Of a stretch of 64,000 nt of DNA, positions 21,701-32,641 are shown piece after piece. A program made the position numbers and the translations under genes. Origin of the DNA: Macrostomum lignano (lineage: Eukaryota). The DNA lies in NCBI GenBank assembly GCA_002269645.1, contig NIVC01002751.1:79361-143360 (forward strand), given 5' to 3'. Below the pieces are notes generated by a model. It was not told the origin of the DNA, ran no database searches, and saw only the letters and a list, made by a program, of their open reading frames with translations. Each line of letters begins with the position of its first letter. Position 1 is the first letter of the stretch.

Positions 21701-23921
21701 GTCGCTCTACGTCCAGTTCTACGCCAGCTTCGTTAACTGGGCCGGGCATCGGTTAGCTCTTGATCCTCTGGCCGGAGCCGCTCTGGCTGGTGTCGCCTCC
21801 GCTGCCGGCGTTGACCCGGCCTGCTGCCTCGGCTCGGCCCTGTCCGATTATGTCCGCAGGCATCAGCTGGCCGGCCGGCCAACTTGGCTGCACGCCAGCC
21901 TGCTGTTGCGGTGCTTGGACAGGTCGGACCTGGGCTTGACGCCCGTTGTTAGGCAGATTCTGCACTCACTGGGCCGTTCGGTGTCGCGGCATCTCAACGC
22001 TAATCGAATGCTTAAACAGCTGCGCTCGTGTCTTCTTAGACAGCTGTGGTGCGGCCAAACTGCATTGTGGATTATCAGCACTACAAATGGCGTCCCAACT
22101 AGCACTCTGAATGGCGTCCCAACTAGCACTCCAAATGGCGTCCCAACTAGCACTCTAAATGGCGTCCCAACTAGCACTCCAAATGGCGTCCCAACTAGCA
22201 CTCTGAATGGCGTTTTAACTAGCACTCCAAATGGCGTCCCAACTAGCACTCCAAATGGCGTCCCAACTAGCACTCCAAATGGCGTCCCAACTAGCACTCC
22301 AAATGGCGTCCCATCTAGCACTCCAAATGGCGTCCCAACTAGCACTCCAAAAGCGTCCCATCTAGCACTCCAAATGGCGTCCCAACTAGCACTCCAAATG
22401 GCGTCCCAACTAGCACTCTGAATGGCGTCCCAACTAGCACTCCAAATGGCGTCCCAACTAGCACTCTGAATGGCGTCCCAACTAGCACTCCAAATGGCGT
22501 CCCAACTAGCACTCCAAAAAGCGTCCCATCTAGCACTCCAAATGGCGTCCCAACTAGCACTCCAAAAAGCGTCCCATCTAGCACTCCAAATGGCGTCCCA
22601 ACTAGCACTCCAAAAAGCGTCCCATCTAGCACTCCAAAATGGCACATTGTACGAGCTATGGTAAACTTATTCTTCCTAGAATCGACAATTCACTAAAAAT
22701 AGTAGTAGATCTGTAAACAGGGGGTATGCAGGCTTCTGCGACTCAGTTGTTTAGAAAGGGTCAGCAGTGCAGCTGGCTTCCTGGTTTTCAATTTACCAAA
22801 TAGTAGTGCGTTTCTGGCGCTTAAAAAAGCCACTTATCCAGTATCTACAACTCCCTATAAGCAAGCTATACCATTACTAATAGTAGTGTTCTAACCCCCA
22901 TTGCAGTCCTCAGCTACGCCGTCGACATCAGCAACTGACACAGCAGCAGCAGCAGCAACAGCAATATCAGCAGCAGATTCATCAGCGCCAGCCGACCGGC
23001 CTGCCCGCCGCCACTATGATGTCGGGAGCGTCAGTCGCGGACGCCAACGAAGCCGGCTTCCAGTATCAGCAGCATAGGCGGCATCAGCTTCAACAGCAAC
23101 AGCAGGCAGCTGCAGCTGCTGCTGCGGCGGCGGCTGCGGCTTCTGCCGCGGCTACAGCTGCTTCCGCGGCCGCCGTTGCAGCATCGGCAGCCGCTGGCGG
23201 TGGCAGCGGAGCTAGCGGCGGCAGCAGCGGCGCACACTTGCTCGGGGGTGCTTACCTGACCAGCTCGCTAGTGTACCAGCAGCAGCAACAGCAGCAGCAG
23301 CAGCACTATGGTGGCCCTCTGTACTACCCGGCCGGCTCCTACCAGCTGGGCGGTCCCACCGGCTACTACTGCTGCCCGCCGGCCCCCTATCCCGGCCTGC
23401 TGTTGCATTTCCTGGCTTTGCTAGACAACGCAGCCTCCACAACTGCCGGCACCGGTGCTTCATCGTCAGCGGCTGGCAGCGCGCATAGTCAGCATCATCT
23501 TCATCAGCACCTGCTGCATCATCATCAGCATTCGCAACAGCAGGCGCATCAACAGCACCGCCATCATCAGCATCATCATCAGCAGCAGCAGCAGCTGCAG
23601 CATCAGCCTAGCAATCTGGACAGTTTGCTGCACCTGGCCGCGCAAGTAGGCGGCTGCCGGCCCCGCGGCGCCGCCAAAGAGGAGCTGGAAAGCCTGCCGG
23701 CCTATCGCTACCAGCCTGGCCGCAGGCAGTCGGACAGTCGCCGTCAGGCTAGCTGCGTTGTCTGCCTGGCCGAGTTCGAGCCCCGCCAGCAGCTGCGCGG
23801 CCTCGCCTGCGGTCACGAATTCCACGTGCGCTGCGTTGACCGCTGGCTGCGACACAATCGCACCTGCCCGATCTGCCGGGCCGACGCTGTGAGCGGCAGG
23901 CCGCAGGTTAGCTCAGAGTGA
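15740..23921 (+). CDS. RNF38/RNF44: RNF38/RNF44-like RING-H2 E3 ubiquitin ligase; exons 15740-16094, 19652-19833, 19937-20316, 22907-23921 (~643 aa)
   Basis: C-terminus YPGLLLHFLALL...LLHLAAQVG..RPRG..KEELESLPAYRY...CVVCLAEFEPRQQLRGLACGHEFHVRCVDRWLRHNRTCPICRAD matches the remembered RNF38/44 end. Exon phases chain 1-0-2 with GT-AG; NLS-like PPSRKKLRLS in exon 3; AATAAA at 24064. 5' exons are less certain than the last. Confidence 0.85.
17079..17238 (+). CDS. Candidate alternative first coding exon of the RNF38/44-like gene
   Basis: AAAATGTCT start, poly-Q ORF (MSMTKVVSP...QQQQQQQLMRGD...SLEAV), ends at strong phase-1 donor G|GTAAGA, compatible with the phase-1 acceptor at 19652. Confidence 0.55.
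17314..17531. repeat. ~30-bp degenerate minisatellite, ~7 copies
   Basis: Unit approx GGGGGCGCCATTATGTATGCAGGCGAGTAG. Confidence 0.85.
18730..19510. repeat. 21-bp minisatellite, ~36 copies
   Basis: Unit GATTAGTGATCGGGATTCTAG / AATTAGTGATCGGGATTCTAG; one 22-bp unit near 19150 shifts the frame. Confidence 0.97.
20401..20616. repeat. 24-bp minisatellite, array A (~9 copies)
   Basis: Unit ATGGCGCCCCAACTAGCACTCTGA. Confidence 0.95.
21678..22421 (+). CDS. Nested intronic ORF of unknown function (unique helical ~137 aa followed by repeat-encoded tail)
   Basis: TATATAAAAG at 21561-21570, ATG at 21678, GC-rich coding-like sequence (MQHQQQLESLYVQFYASFVNW...LRSCLLRQLW) reading into array B. No family recognised. 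Confidence 0.4.
   Translation: MQHQQQLESLYVQFYASFVNWAGHRLALDPLAGAALAGVASAAGVDPACCLGSALSDYVRRHQLAGRPTWLHASLLLRCLDRSDLGLTPVVRQILHSLGRSVSRHLNANRMLKQLRSCLLRQLWCGQTALWIISTTNGVPTSTLNGVPTSTPNGVPTSTLNGVPTSTPNGVPTSTLNGVLTSTPNGVPTSTPNGVPTSTPNGVPTSTPNGVPSSTPNGVPTSTPKASHLALQMASQLALQMASQLAL
22085..22643. repeat. 24-bp minisatellite, array B (~23 copies), same family and orientation as array A
   Basis: Unit AATGGCGTCCCAACTAGCACTCCA, with 23-bp AAAAGCGTCCCATCTAGC variants. Confidence 0.95.
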
Positions 23922-25324
23922 CCCGATTGGCTTGGCTGGGCTTTTTTGTTAAAAAAACTGACAACTTGTTAATTAACACCTGACATCTCTCCAGTTTCCC
24001 TATCCTGAGGTGGGATCGATTTCTTCTGTACTCCTGTGGTGCTGAATTTTCTTGTTTATTATTAATAAAAACTTTCAAGCTCTACTACTCACAGTGGAAC
24101 AGTAGTATGCATAAAAAAGGGATCTTTATCCGAATAAGTTGCAATGTAGACAGCGCGTGTGCTTTCAACAATAGTAAACAAAAATCGGAGTTCAACACTG
24201 TGCGCATAGTGCGAATTAGCTGTTTATAATTAATATTCCGCACCAGTGTGCCTGCCTGTCCACAATATGCTTACCTGCCAGTTAGCTCGTTTACGTCTGT
24301 GATGCAGCATCAAATTAATCGCAATTGAAATCTGCACAGCACCGCATCAGCTGACTGACTGTTTTTATAGGCTTAATAACAATATAACAGAATTGCCGAT
24401 TACACTCTCTGTTCCCCTACAAGTCTTTGTGCCATTTTGATTTATTGTTATTATCATCATTACACACGCATCGCCTCTAATCCACCATGATGGACTATTG
24501 AATCCGTCCTGTCCAGACACACGCACACACAATTTCTGAGCCATGCCTTTTCTCAACCGCCCCTCGGCCTTTCACCTCCCTTTCCCGCAGAATGAATCTA
24601 CTACTGTTATTACTAATGTAGGCAAATTTGCTCCCCCAGTTTCTTATATGAAATAATTCACTCCAACTGCCTGTGCTTATAAATAATCTATACATATTAC
24701 CTATACTACTAGCTAACCCGTGAGCACTGCTGTACTTGAGCTGCAAAAAAAATAAATAAATGAGAAGCTACCAATACAGTACTCTCTGTTTTACTATTAC
24801 CCGCTACTATTAAATGATTCGTCATGTACACCCAGAAAAAATAATTAATTACTAAGGTCTTGACTTCGTTATTTGTTTTAAATAAAGCATACGCTTTTAA
24901 TCTACTTTCCACTAAGTAGTATTTAATAGAAAATGAAGGTAATTAAATGAAGACTTTTTACCATAGCATTCAGATTAAATAGTTCAAATAGCGAATCTTT
25001 TATAATCACACGATTAAACCAGCCGTTTATTAATAAAACAAAATGAAACGATTATTTGGGTCGCAACAGCAAATGATAATGGAAGCTGGAAGACATTTAA
25101 GAGGCTATCCCAAGATGGATGTTAGATATTTATAAACAAAACTACCACTTGGTCTTTGCATGTGTAGCTCGCATGCCTGAAATTAGCGGAAAATGTTGCT
25201 AAAGTAAAACAAATTGGAAGTCAGAGAAACAGCATTTACAGAGCAAAAAGCAAAAATCTCTTTTCGTACGTTAGTGCGTCAGCAGCCACTGTATCAAATT
25301 GAAAGCACCTTACATGTAAAACCC

Positions 25325-25535
25325 ACCCAGCCAATTAGAAATCATTTAGACCCACTCCAGTCAATTATTAAGAAGCGCAGCCACCCCCCAGCAAATAAAA
25401 AATCGCCAAAATCTCATCCAATCAAAAATCGCCTAAATCCTACCCAGTCAGTCAGAAATTGCTAAAAATCCGCCCAGCCAATAAAAAATCGCCAAAATCC
25501 TACCCAGCCAATCACAAAACCTTCTAGCCAATCAG
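25325..25535 (+). promoter_or_regulatory. Cluster of CCAAT boxes in a degenerate ~30-bp repeat
   Basis: CCAAT at 25331, 25418, 25478, 25508, 25528, mostly in NF-Y-like context (C)CAGCCAAT; no linked gene start identified. Confidence 0.35.
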
Positions 25536-25913
25536 AATGCAGTCTAATTTTACGAGTATTCCGACCAAAGCGGCATAAAATAGAGATTGTGCATCGGCTC
25601 GGTCAAAGCTCTTCCCCGTCCAGCCGGGCGTTGTTCTCCTCCAGCGAGCGATTCAGCATCCCGAACAGCAGCGGAGTCGTGGTGCAACAACAAAGTGCCA
25701 GAAGTACTGCGTTAAAATCTTTGACGAATGCAGCTCGTTGCTCGGGCCATACAATTGCTGCTCCCGTTGTTCGTCCGAATAATCAATGCTTTTAATCCAT
25801 TGGTTACTTGGGAAGACTGGCTATTTGAAATATTTTAGTTTTGGCAAGCTAATTTTAGCCAGAAATCGTGAAATACAAAAAACCATGTGCTGTTTGTCCA
25901 TGTCCATGAGGAC

Positions 25914-26701
25914 AGCAGTGACACACTGACAGACTGGGAATGGGGCAGCAGTGAGACACTGACAGACTGGGAATGGGGCAGCAGTGACTCACTGACAGAC
26001 TGGGAATGGGGCAGCAGTGACTCACTGACAGACTGAAATGAGGCAGCAGTGACTCACTGACAGACTGGGAATGGGGCAGCAGTGACTCACTGACAGACTG
26101 GGAATGGGGCAGCAGTGACTCACTGACAGACTGAAATGGGGCAGCAGTGACTCACTCAGTAGACTGGGAATGGGGCAGCAGTGACTCACTGACAGACTGG
26201 GAATGGGGCAGCAGTGACTCACTGACAGACTGGGAATGGGGCAGCAGTGACTCACTGACAGACTGGGAATGGGGCAGCAGTGACTCACTGACAGACTGAA
26301 ATGGGGCAGCAGTGACTCACTCAGTAGACTGGGAATGGGGCAGCAGTGACTCACTGACAGACTGGGAATGGGGCAGCAGTGACTTACTGACAGACTGGGA
26401 ATGGGGCAGCAGTGACTCACTGACAGACTGGGAATGGGGCAGCAGTGACTCACTGACAGACTGGGAATCGGGCAGCAGTGACTCACTGACAGACTGGGAA
26501 TAGGGCAGCAGTGACTCACTCAGTAGACTGGGAATGGGGCAGCAGTGACTCACTCAGTAGACTGGGAATGGGGCAGCAGTGACTCACTGACAGACTGGGA
26601 ATGGGGCAGCAGTGACTCACTCAGTAGACTGGGAATGGGGCAGCAGTGACTCACTCAGTACACTGGGAATGGGGCAGCAGTGCCTCACTTAGTAGACTGG
26701 G
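25914..26701. repeat. 33-bp minisatellite, ~24 copies
   Basis: Unit GACTCACTGACAGACTGGGAATGGGGCAGCAGT; most units contain TGACTCA. Confidence 0.97.
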
Positions 26702-27169
26702 AGAAATGTTGTGTCCAGATTAGGTAAATGTACTTTTTTAGCTAAAACCCTAATCATAAGATATGTAACACGAGCCCTAAGTAACTCAAAAAGCCTTTCT
26801 TTCTAAGCGACAAAATGGAGATGAAAAGAAATAAGAATAAAATCCGAGATCAAGACAATAATCGCATCGTTCATAATTTGTCCGATAAGGAAAAATCAAT
26901 TATATTGCAGTTCAAAGTCGGGTTAGCTCGTGTGCCTTTGCATTGTCTAAGTAACAGGTGCTCAGTTCAAGGTATAGAAGCAAGCGAGCTCAAAGCTATG
27001 CTGTGCGACTTTGGCATTGACACTAAATACTAGGCTGAGTGAGAGAGCAGATCGTTTTGAGCAGTGTCACACAACAGCCAGCACTAGCACACACCTCAGA
27101 AACAGCTCATCTTTTCCAGTGAGATGCTTCTAGAGGGAGTTCAAAAGAGTGACTTTAAAGTAGTAGTCT

Positions 27170-28231
27170 GGAGGGCGAGTGTCCAAGTGGGTGGAGGGCG
27201 ATTATCCAAGTGTGGAGGGCGATTATTAAGGGGGTGGAGGGCGATTATTAAGTGGGTGGAGGGCGATTATCCAGGTGGGTGGAGGGCGATTATTAAGTGG
27301 GTGGAGGGCGATTATCCAGGTGGGTAGAGGGCGATTATCCAGGTGGGTGGAGGGCGATTATCCAGGTGGGTGGAGGGCGATTATCCAGGTGGGTAGAGGG
27401 TGATTATCCAGGTGGGTGGAGGGCGATTATCCAGGTGGGTGGAAGGCGATTATCCAGGTGGGTGGAGGGCGATTATCCAGGTGGGTGGAGGGCGATTATC
27501 CAGGTGGGTGGAGGGCGATTATCCAGGTGGGTGGAGGGTGATTATCCAGGTGGGTGGAGGGCGATTATCCAGGTGGGTAGAGGGTGATTATCCAGGTGGG
27601 TGTAGGGCGATTATCCAGGTGGGTGGAGGGCGATTATCCAGGTGGGTAGAGGGCGATTATCCAGGTGGGTGGAGGGCGATTATCCAGGTGGGTGGAAGGC
27701 GATTATCCAGGTGGGTGGAGGGCGATTATCCAGGTGGGTGGAGGGCGATTATCCAGGTGGGTGTAGGGCGATTATCCAGGTGGGTGGAGGGCGATTATCC
27801 AGGTGGGTAGAGGGTGATTATCCAGGTGGGTAGAGGGCGATTATCCAGGTGGGTAGAGGGCGATTATCCAGGTGGGTAGAGGGCGATTATCCAGGTGGGT
27901 GGAGGGCGATTATTAAGTGGGTGGAGGGCGATTATCCAGGTGGGTGGAGGGCGATTATCCAGGTGGGTAGAGGGTGATTATCCAGGTGGGTGGAGGGCGA
28001 TTATCCAGGTGGGTGTAGGGCGATTATCCAGGTGGGTGGAGGGCGATTATCCAGGTGGGTAGAGGGCGATTATCCAGGTGGGTAGAGGGCGATTATCCAG
28101 GTGGGTGGAGGGCGATTATCCAGGTGGGTAGAGGGTGATTATCCAGGTGGGTAGAGGGCGATTATCCAGGTGGGTGGAGGGCGATTATCCAGGTGGGTAG
28201 AGGGTGATTATCTAGGTGGGTAGAGGGCGAG
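27170..28231. repeat. 23-bp G-rich minisatellite, ~46 copies
   Basis: Unit GGGTGGAGGGCGATTATCCAGGT. Confidence 0.97.
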
Positions 28232-29294
28232 CATCTGAAAGGTAATTAATCTAATTTCGGACATCTGTCCATCACAAAAAGCAGTCACACGCCGCTACAA
28301 TTTAGGTCGCGAAAAGCATGCGAAGTAAATTGAGAAAGTGGAATCAGTTAGCAGCAAAAAAACACGGTGCAACCATGTTAAGAGTGCTATATAGATACTA
28401 AAATTTGACGCAAAATATGCTTCTAGCTGTGCATAAAAACACAGGCTAGAGATGAAAAGAAAAATCACAATACTCACACCAAGAAGTGCACAATTAACTG
28501 CTACCAATCAAAAAGGCATGCGCTAAGTAGCTAATAACTAATAATTAAACTCGGCACAGTATTAACTACGAGCATTACAAATAAGAATATAATAGAATAC
28601 TGCAAAACAGAACCTACTGCGGGCAATTTAAACAACCAACGGGTGCTGCATGCACAAAGATAAGCATCTGATAAATGGCCGTTTAAGTATAGAATGGGAA
28701 ACCTTGTTTCTTGCAAAACATTCTGTGTAGAGTAGAGCATAAGAGCATCTCCGCGAAAAATAAACTACGGATATTGGAACTTTTAAGAAGTTTGCAAAGA
28801 TCAATGTTCCAATAAAAGCTACGGTTGCAAACCCAGCCCCCAGAAATGATTTTCTTGGAAAGTTCCAAGTCAAGAATAACTGATCTATATGGTATCTATT
28901 AAGTGAACGTAAACTCATTTGAAATCCTAATTCTGCTTTTTTAAAATGCAATAAATTTTTCTACGGTAATTTACACCATGTGGGAGAATTTATTATTAAT
29001 TGGCGGGAAAGTTCTAAAGATACTCGTAAATTCTACAAATAGAGTAAGCGTGCGAGATCAGCATCAATGTCCATGGTACGCGTACGCAGAGTTGAAAGCC
29101 TACATGTAGAACAAAGACAGGTTGGACCATAGACAGCACACAAATTTCTGACTGAGAAACTCGACAGAGACAAGCCAGTCCCGAGTTGAAATCTGTGCCA
29201 GTCACCGGCATCCAGGCCTGTGGTGAAAAAAATCATATAGTTTTTGTCACACGCTAAAAGCGGCAAGTCCTTCGAATTAAGCAAAGTCAATTAA

Positions 29295-30206
29295 TTGCGA
29301 TCAATTTGGCCAGAGATAGAAAATCCTTCGCTTTCGCGAGTCCGTTCACTCAGCTGAGCTGAAAGCCATAGACATTGTGTAGAAACACTGCAACCAATCT
29401 GGCCTAAACTGCGATCAAGTTGGCCGAGATCGATTGCCTTCCAAGTTGAACTTATAGCCATAGATAACTTGTCAACGGCCCAAAAGGCACTGAATGGCTA
29501 GTGCTGTCATCACTCCACTAAAGTGCATTCAGTGGGTAAACTACAATCAGACCTACATCCAGCGGTGCTAATGGACCGATTGACAAATTTTCACGCACCC
29601 TATCTAATTCAAGCTGTTTGATGTTCAACTGTTGTATTGCATTAGCCAACTTGATCGCAGTTTTGGCCAAACTGGTTGCAGTATTTTTACACAATGTCTA
29701 TGGCTTTCCTATCCTTGGCCAACTTGATCGCAGTTTTGGCCAAACTGGTTGCAGTATTTCTACACGATGTCTATGGCTTTCCTATCCCTGGCCAACTTGA
29801 TCGCAGTTTTGGCCAAACTGGCTGCAGTATTTTTACACAATGTCTATGGCTTTCCTATCCCTGGCCAACTTGATCGCAGTTTTGGCCAAACTGGTTGCAG
29901 TATTTTTACACAATGTCTATGGCTTTCCTATTCCTGGCCAACTTGATCGCAGTTCCGGTCAAACTGGTCGCAGTATTTCTACACAATGTCTATGGCTTTC
30001 CTATTCCTGGCCAACTTGATCGCAGTTTGGCCAAACTGGTTGCAGTATTTTTACACGATGTCTATGGCTTTCCTATCCCTGGCCAACTTGATCGCAGTTT
30101 TGGTCAAACTGGTTGCAGTATTTCTACACAATGTCTATGGCTTTCAGCTCAGCTAGGTGAGCGGACTCGCGAAAGCGAAGGATTTTCTATCCCAACTAGA
30201 TTGCAA
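29295..30206. mobile_element. Non-autonomous element with ~110-bp TIRs and a 73-bp tandem amplification of the right arm
   Basis: 29315-29425 is the near reverse complement of 30081-30191; ~7 tandem 73-bp units (approx 29644-30145) copy the inner part of the right arm. No TSD identified. Confidence 0.8.
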
Positions 30207-30893
30207 AATGGTATATACTGGGTGCAATTGAAAGTCATTATAGATAGTAAAAATAAGCAATCATTTTGGTATTAATACAGTATGAATATACACACTCTTA
30301 AGCCGGATTGTTAGCAAGCAAGCTAGATGGGTGGGGTAACACACTTCGACCTTCAATTAGAAAGCATCAAATAAGCAGTAGAGCAAGGTAGCCAAAGTTA
30401 AAGGAAGCATGCGAAAATCATTTAATATACTAGTATAATACGATATTAACCCGCTAGCGGGCATCGGACTAGCTGAGATATTACATACAACTTTTAGTTT
30501 ATTATGTAATTGTCTCGACTGGAGAATCAGTTGGAAGATAAGCGACTGTCTGAAATAATTAGATTGGTAATCAATTCTGAATCAGATACACTGTCTCCGT
30601 TGCACGATCGATCTATCTAGCCAGGTCTATGCCTAAAGCTTACCTTTATCGCACTCTATGTCAATAGAGACTTTCATGATAATAGAATTGCGAACGTGCT
30701 CACTCAGAAATAATAATGCATAGCTATTTTTAGGTAACCCGTTTCTCTACACTGCTTTGAGCTGGGCTAAAGTAAATAAATATAGGTGAAGGGCTCTCAA
30801 TGTTAATTTGTACGATCTAGCTAGCTAGAATTAAGACCATAAAGCAATGTAATTGTGTGTTATTGCTAATTAATTAGCCACTTTACTTCAATC

Positions 30894-32530
30894 AACACAC
30901 CCTACCCTTCAGTGATTCCCTGAACACACCCTACCCTTCAGTGATTCCCTGAACACACCCTACCCTTCAGTGATTCCCTGAACACACCCTACCCTTCAGT
31001 GATTCCCTGAACACACCCTACCCTTCAGTGATTCCCTGAACACACCCTACCCTTCAGTGATTCCCTGAACACACCCTACCCTTCAGTGATTCCCTGAACA
31101 CACCCTACCCTTCAGTGATTCCCTGAACACACCCTACCCTTCAGTGATTCCCTGAACACACCCTACCCTTCAGTGATTCCCTGAACACACCCTACCCTTC
31201 AGTGATTCCCTGAACACACCCTACCCTTCAGTGATTCCCTGAACACACCCTACCCTTCAGTGATTCCCTGAACACACCCTACCCTTCAGTGATTCCCTGA
31301 ACACACCCTACCCTTCAGTGATTCCCTGAACACACCCTACCCTTCAGTGATTCCCTGAACACACCCTACCCTTCAGTGATTCCCTGAACACACCCTACCC
31401 TTCAGTGATTCCCTGAACACACCCTACCCTTCAGTGATTCCCTGAACACACCCTACCCTTCAGTGATTCCCTGAACACACCCTACCCTTCAGTGATTCCC
31501 TGAACACACCCTACCCTTCAGTGATTACCTGAACACACCCTACCCTTCAGTGATTCCCTGAACACACCCTACCCTTCAGTGATTCCCTGAACACACCCTA
31601 CCCTTCAGTGATTACCTGAACACACCCTACCCTTCAGTGATTCCCTGAACACACCCTACCCATCAGTCACCCCCTGAACACACCCTACCCATCAGTCACC
31701 CCCTGAACACACCCTACCTCTCAGTCACCCCCTGAACACACCCTACCCTTCAGTGATTCCCTGAACACACCCTACCCTTCAGTGATTCCCTGAACACACC
31801 CTACCCTTCAGTGATTCCCTGAACACACCCTACCCTTCAGTGATTCCCTGAACACACCCTACCCTTCAGTGATTCCCTGAACACACCCTACCCTTCAGTG
31901 ATTCCCTGAACACACCCTACCCTTCAGTGATTCCCTGAACACACCCTACCCTTCAGTGATTCCCTGAACACACCCTACCCTTCAGTGATTCCCTGAACAC
32001 ACCCTACCCTTCAGTGATTCCCTGAACACACCCTACCCTTCAGTGATTCCCTGAACACACCCTACCCTTCAGTGATTCCCTGAACACACCCTACCCTTCA
32101 GTGATTACCTGAACACACCCTACCCTTCAGTGATTCCCTGAACACACCCTACCCTTCAGTGATTCCCTGAACACACCCTACCCTTCAGTGATTACCTGAA
32201 CACACCCTACCCTTCAGTGATTCCCTGAACACACCCTACCCATCAGTCACCCCCTGAACACACCCTACCCATCAGTCACCCCCTGAACACACCCTACCTC
32301 TCAGTCACCCCCTGAACACACCCTACCCTTCAGTGATTCCCTGAACACACCCTACCCTTCAGTGATTACCTGAACACACCCTACCCTTCAGTGATTCCCT
32401 GAACACACCCTACCTCTCAGTCACCCCCTGAACACACCCTACCCCTCAGTCACCCCCTGAACACAACCTACCCCTCAGTCACCCCCCTGAACACACCCTA
32501 CCCCTCAGTCACCCCCTGAACACACCCTAC
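30894..32530. repeat. 29-bp minisatellite, ~56 copies
   Basis: Unit GAACACACCCTACCCTTCAGTGATTCCCT; a variant cluster is duplicated 580 bp apart (31521 and 32101). Confidence 0.98.
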
Positions 32531-32641
32531 ACCGAAATCCCCGAACCCCTGCTCACCTGAATACAAGTGATAAAGATGAGGTTGCCGACAACAGAAGACA
32601 GACAGACTTCACAGTGGCACAGATTCAAGAACTTGTTGAAG

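Noticed and set aside
26815-27033. 72-aa ORF MEMKRNKNKIRD
   Set aside because: Short, AT-rich, no recognisable homology or convincing splice sites.
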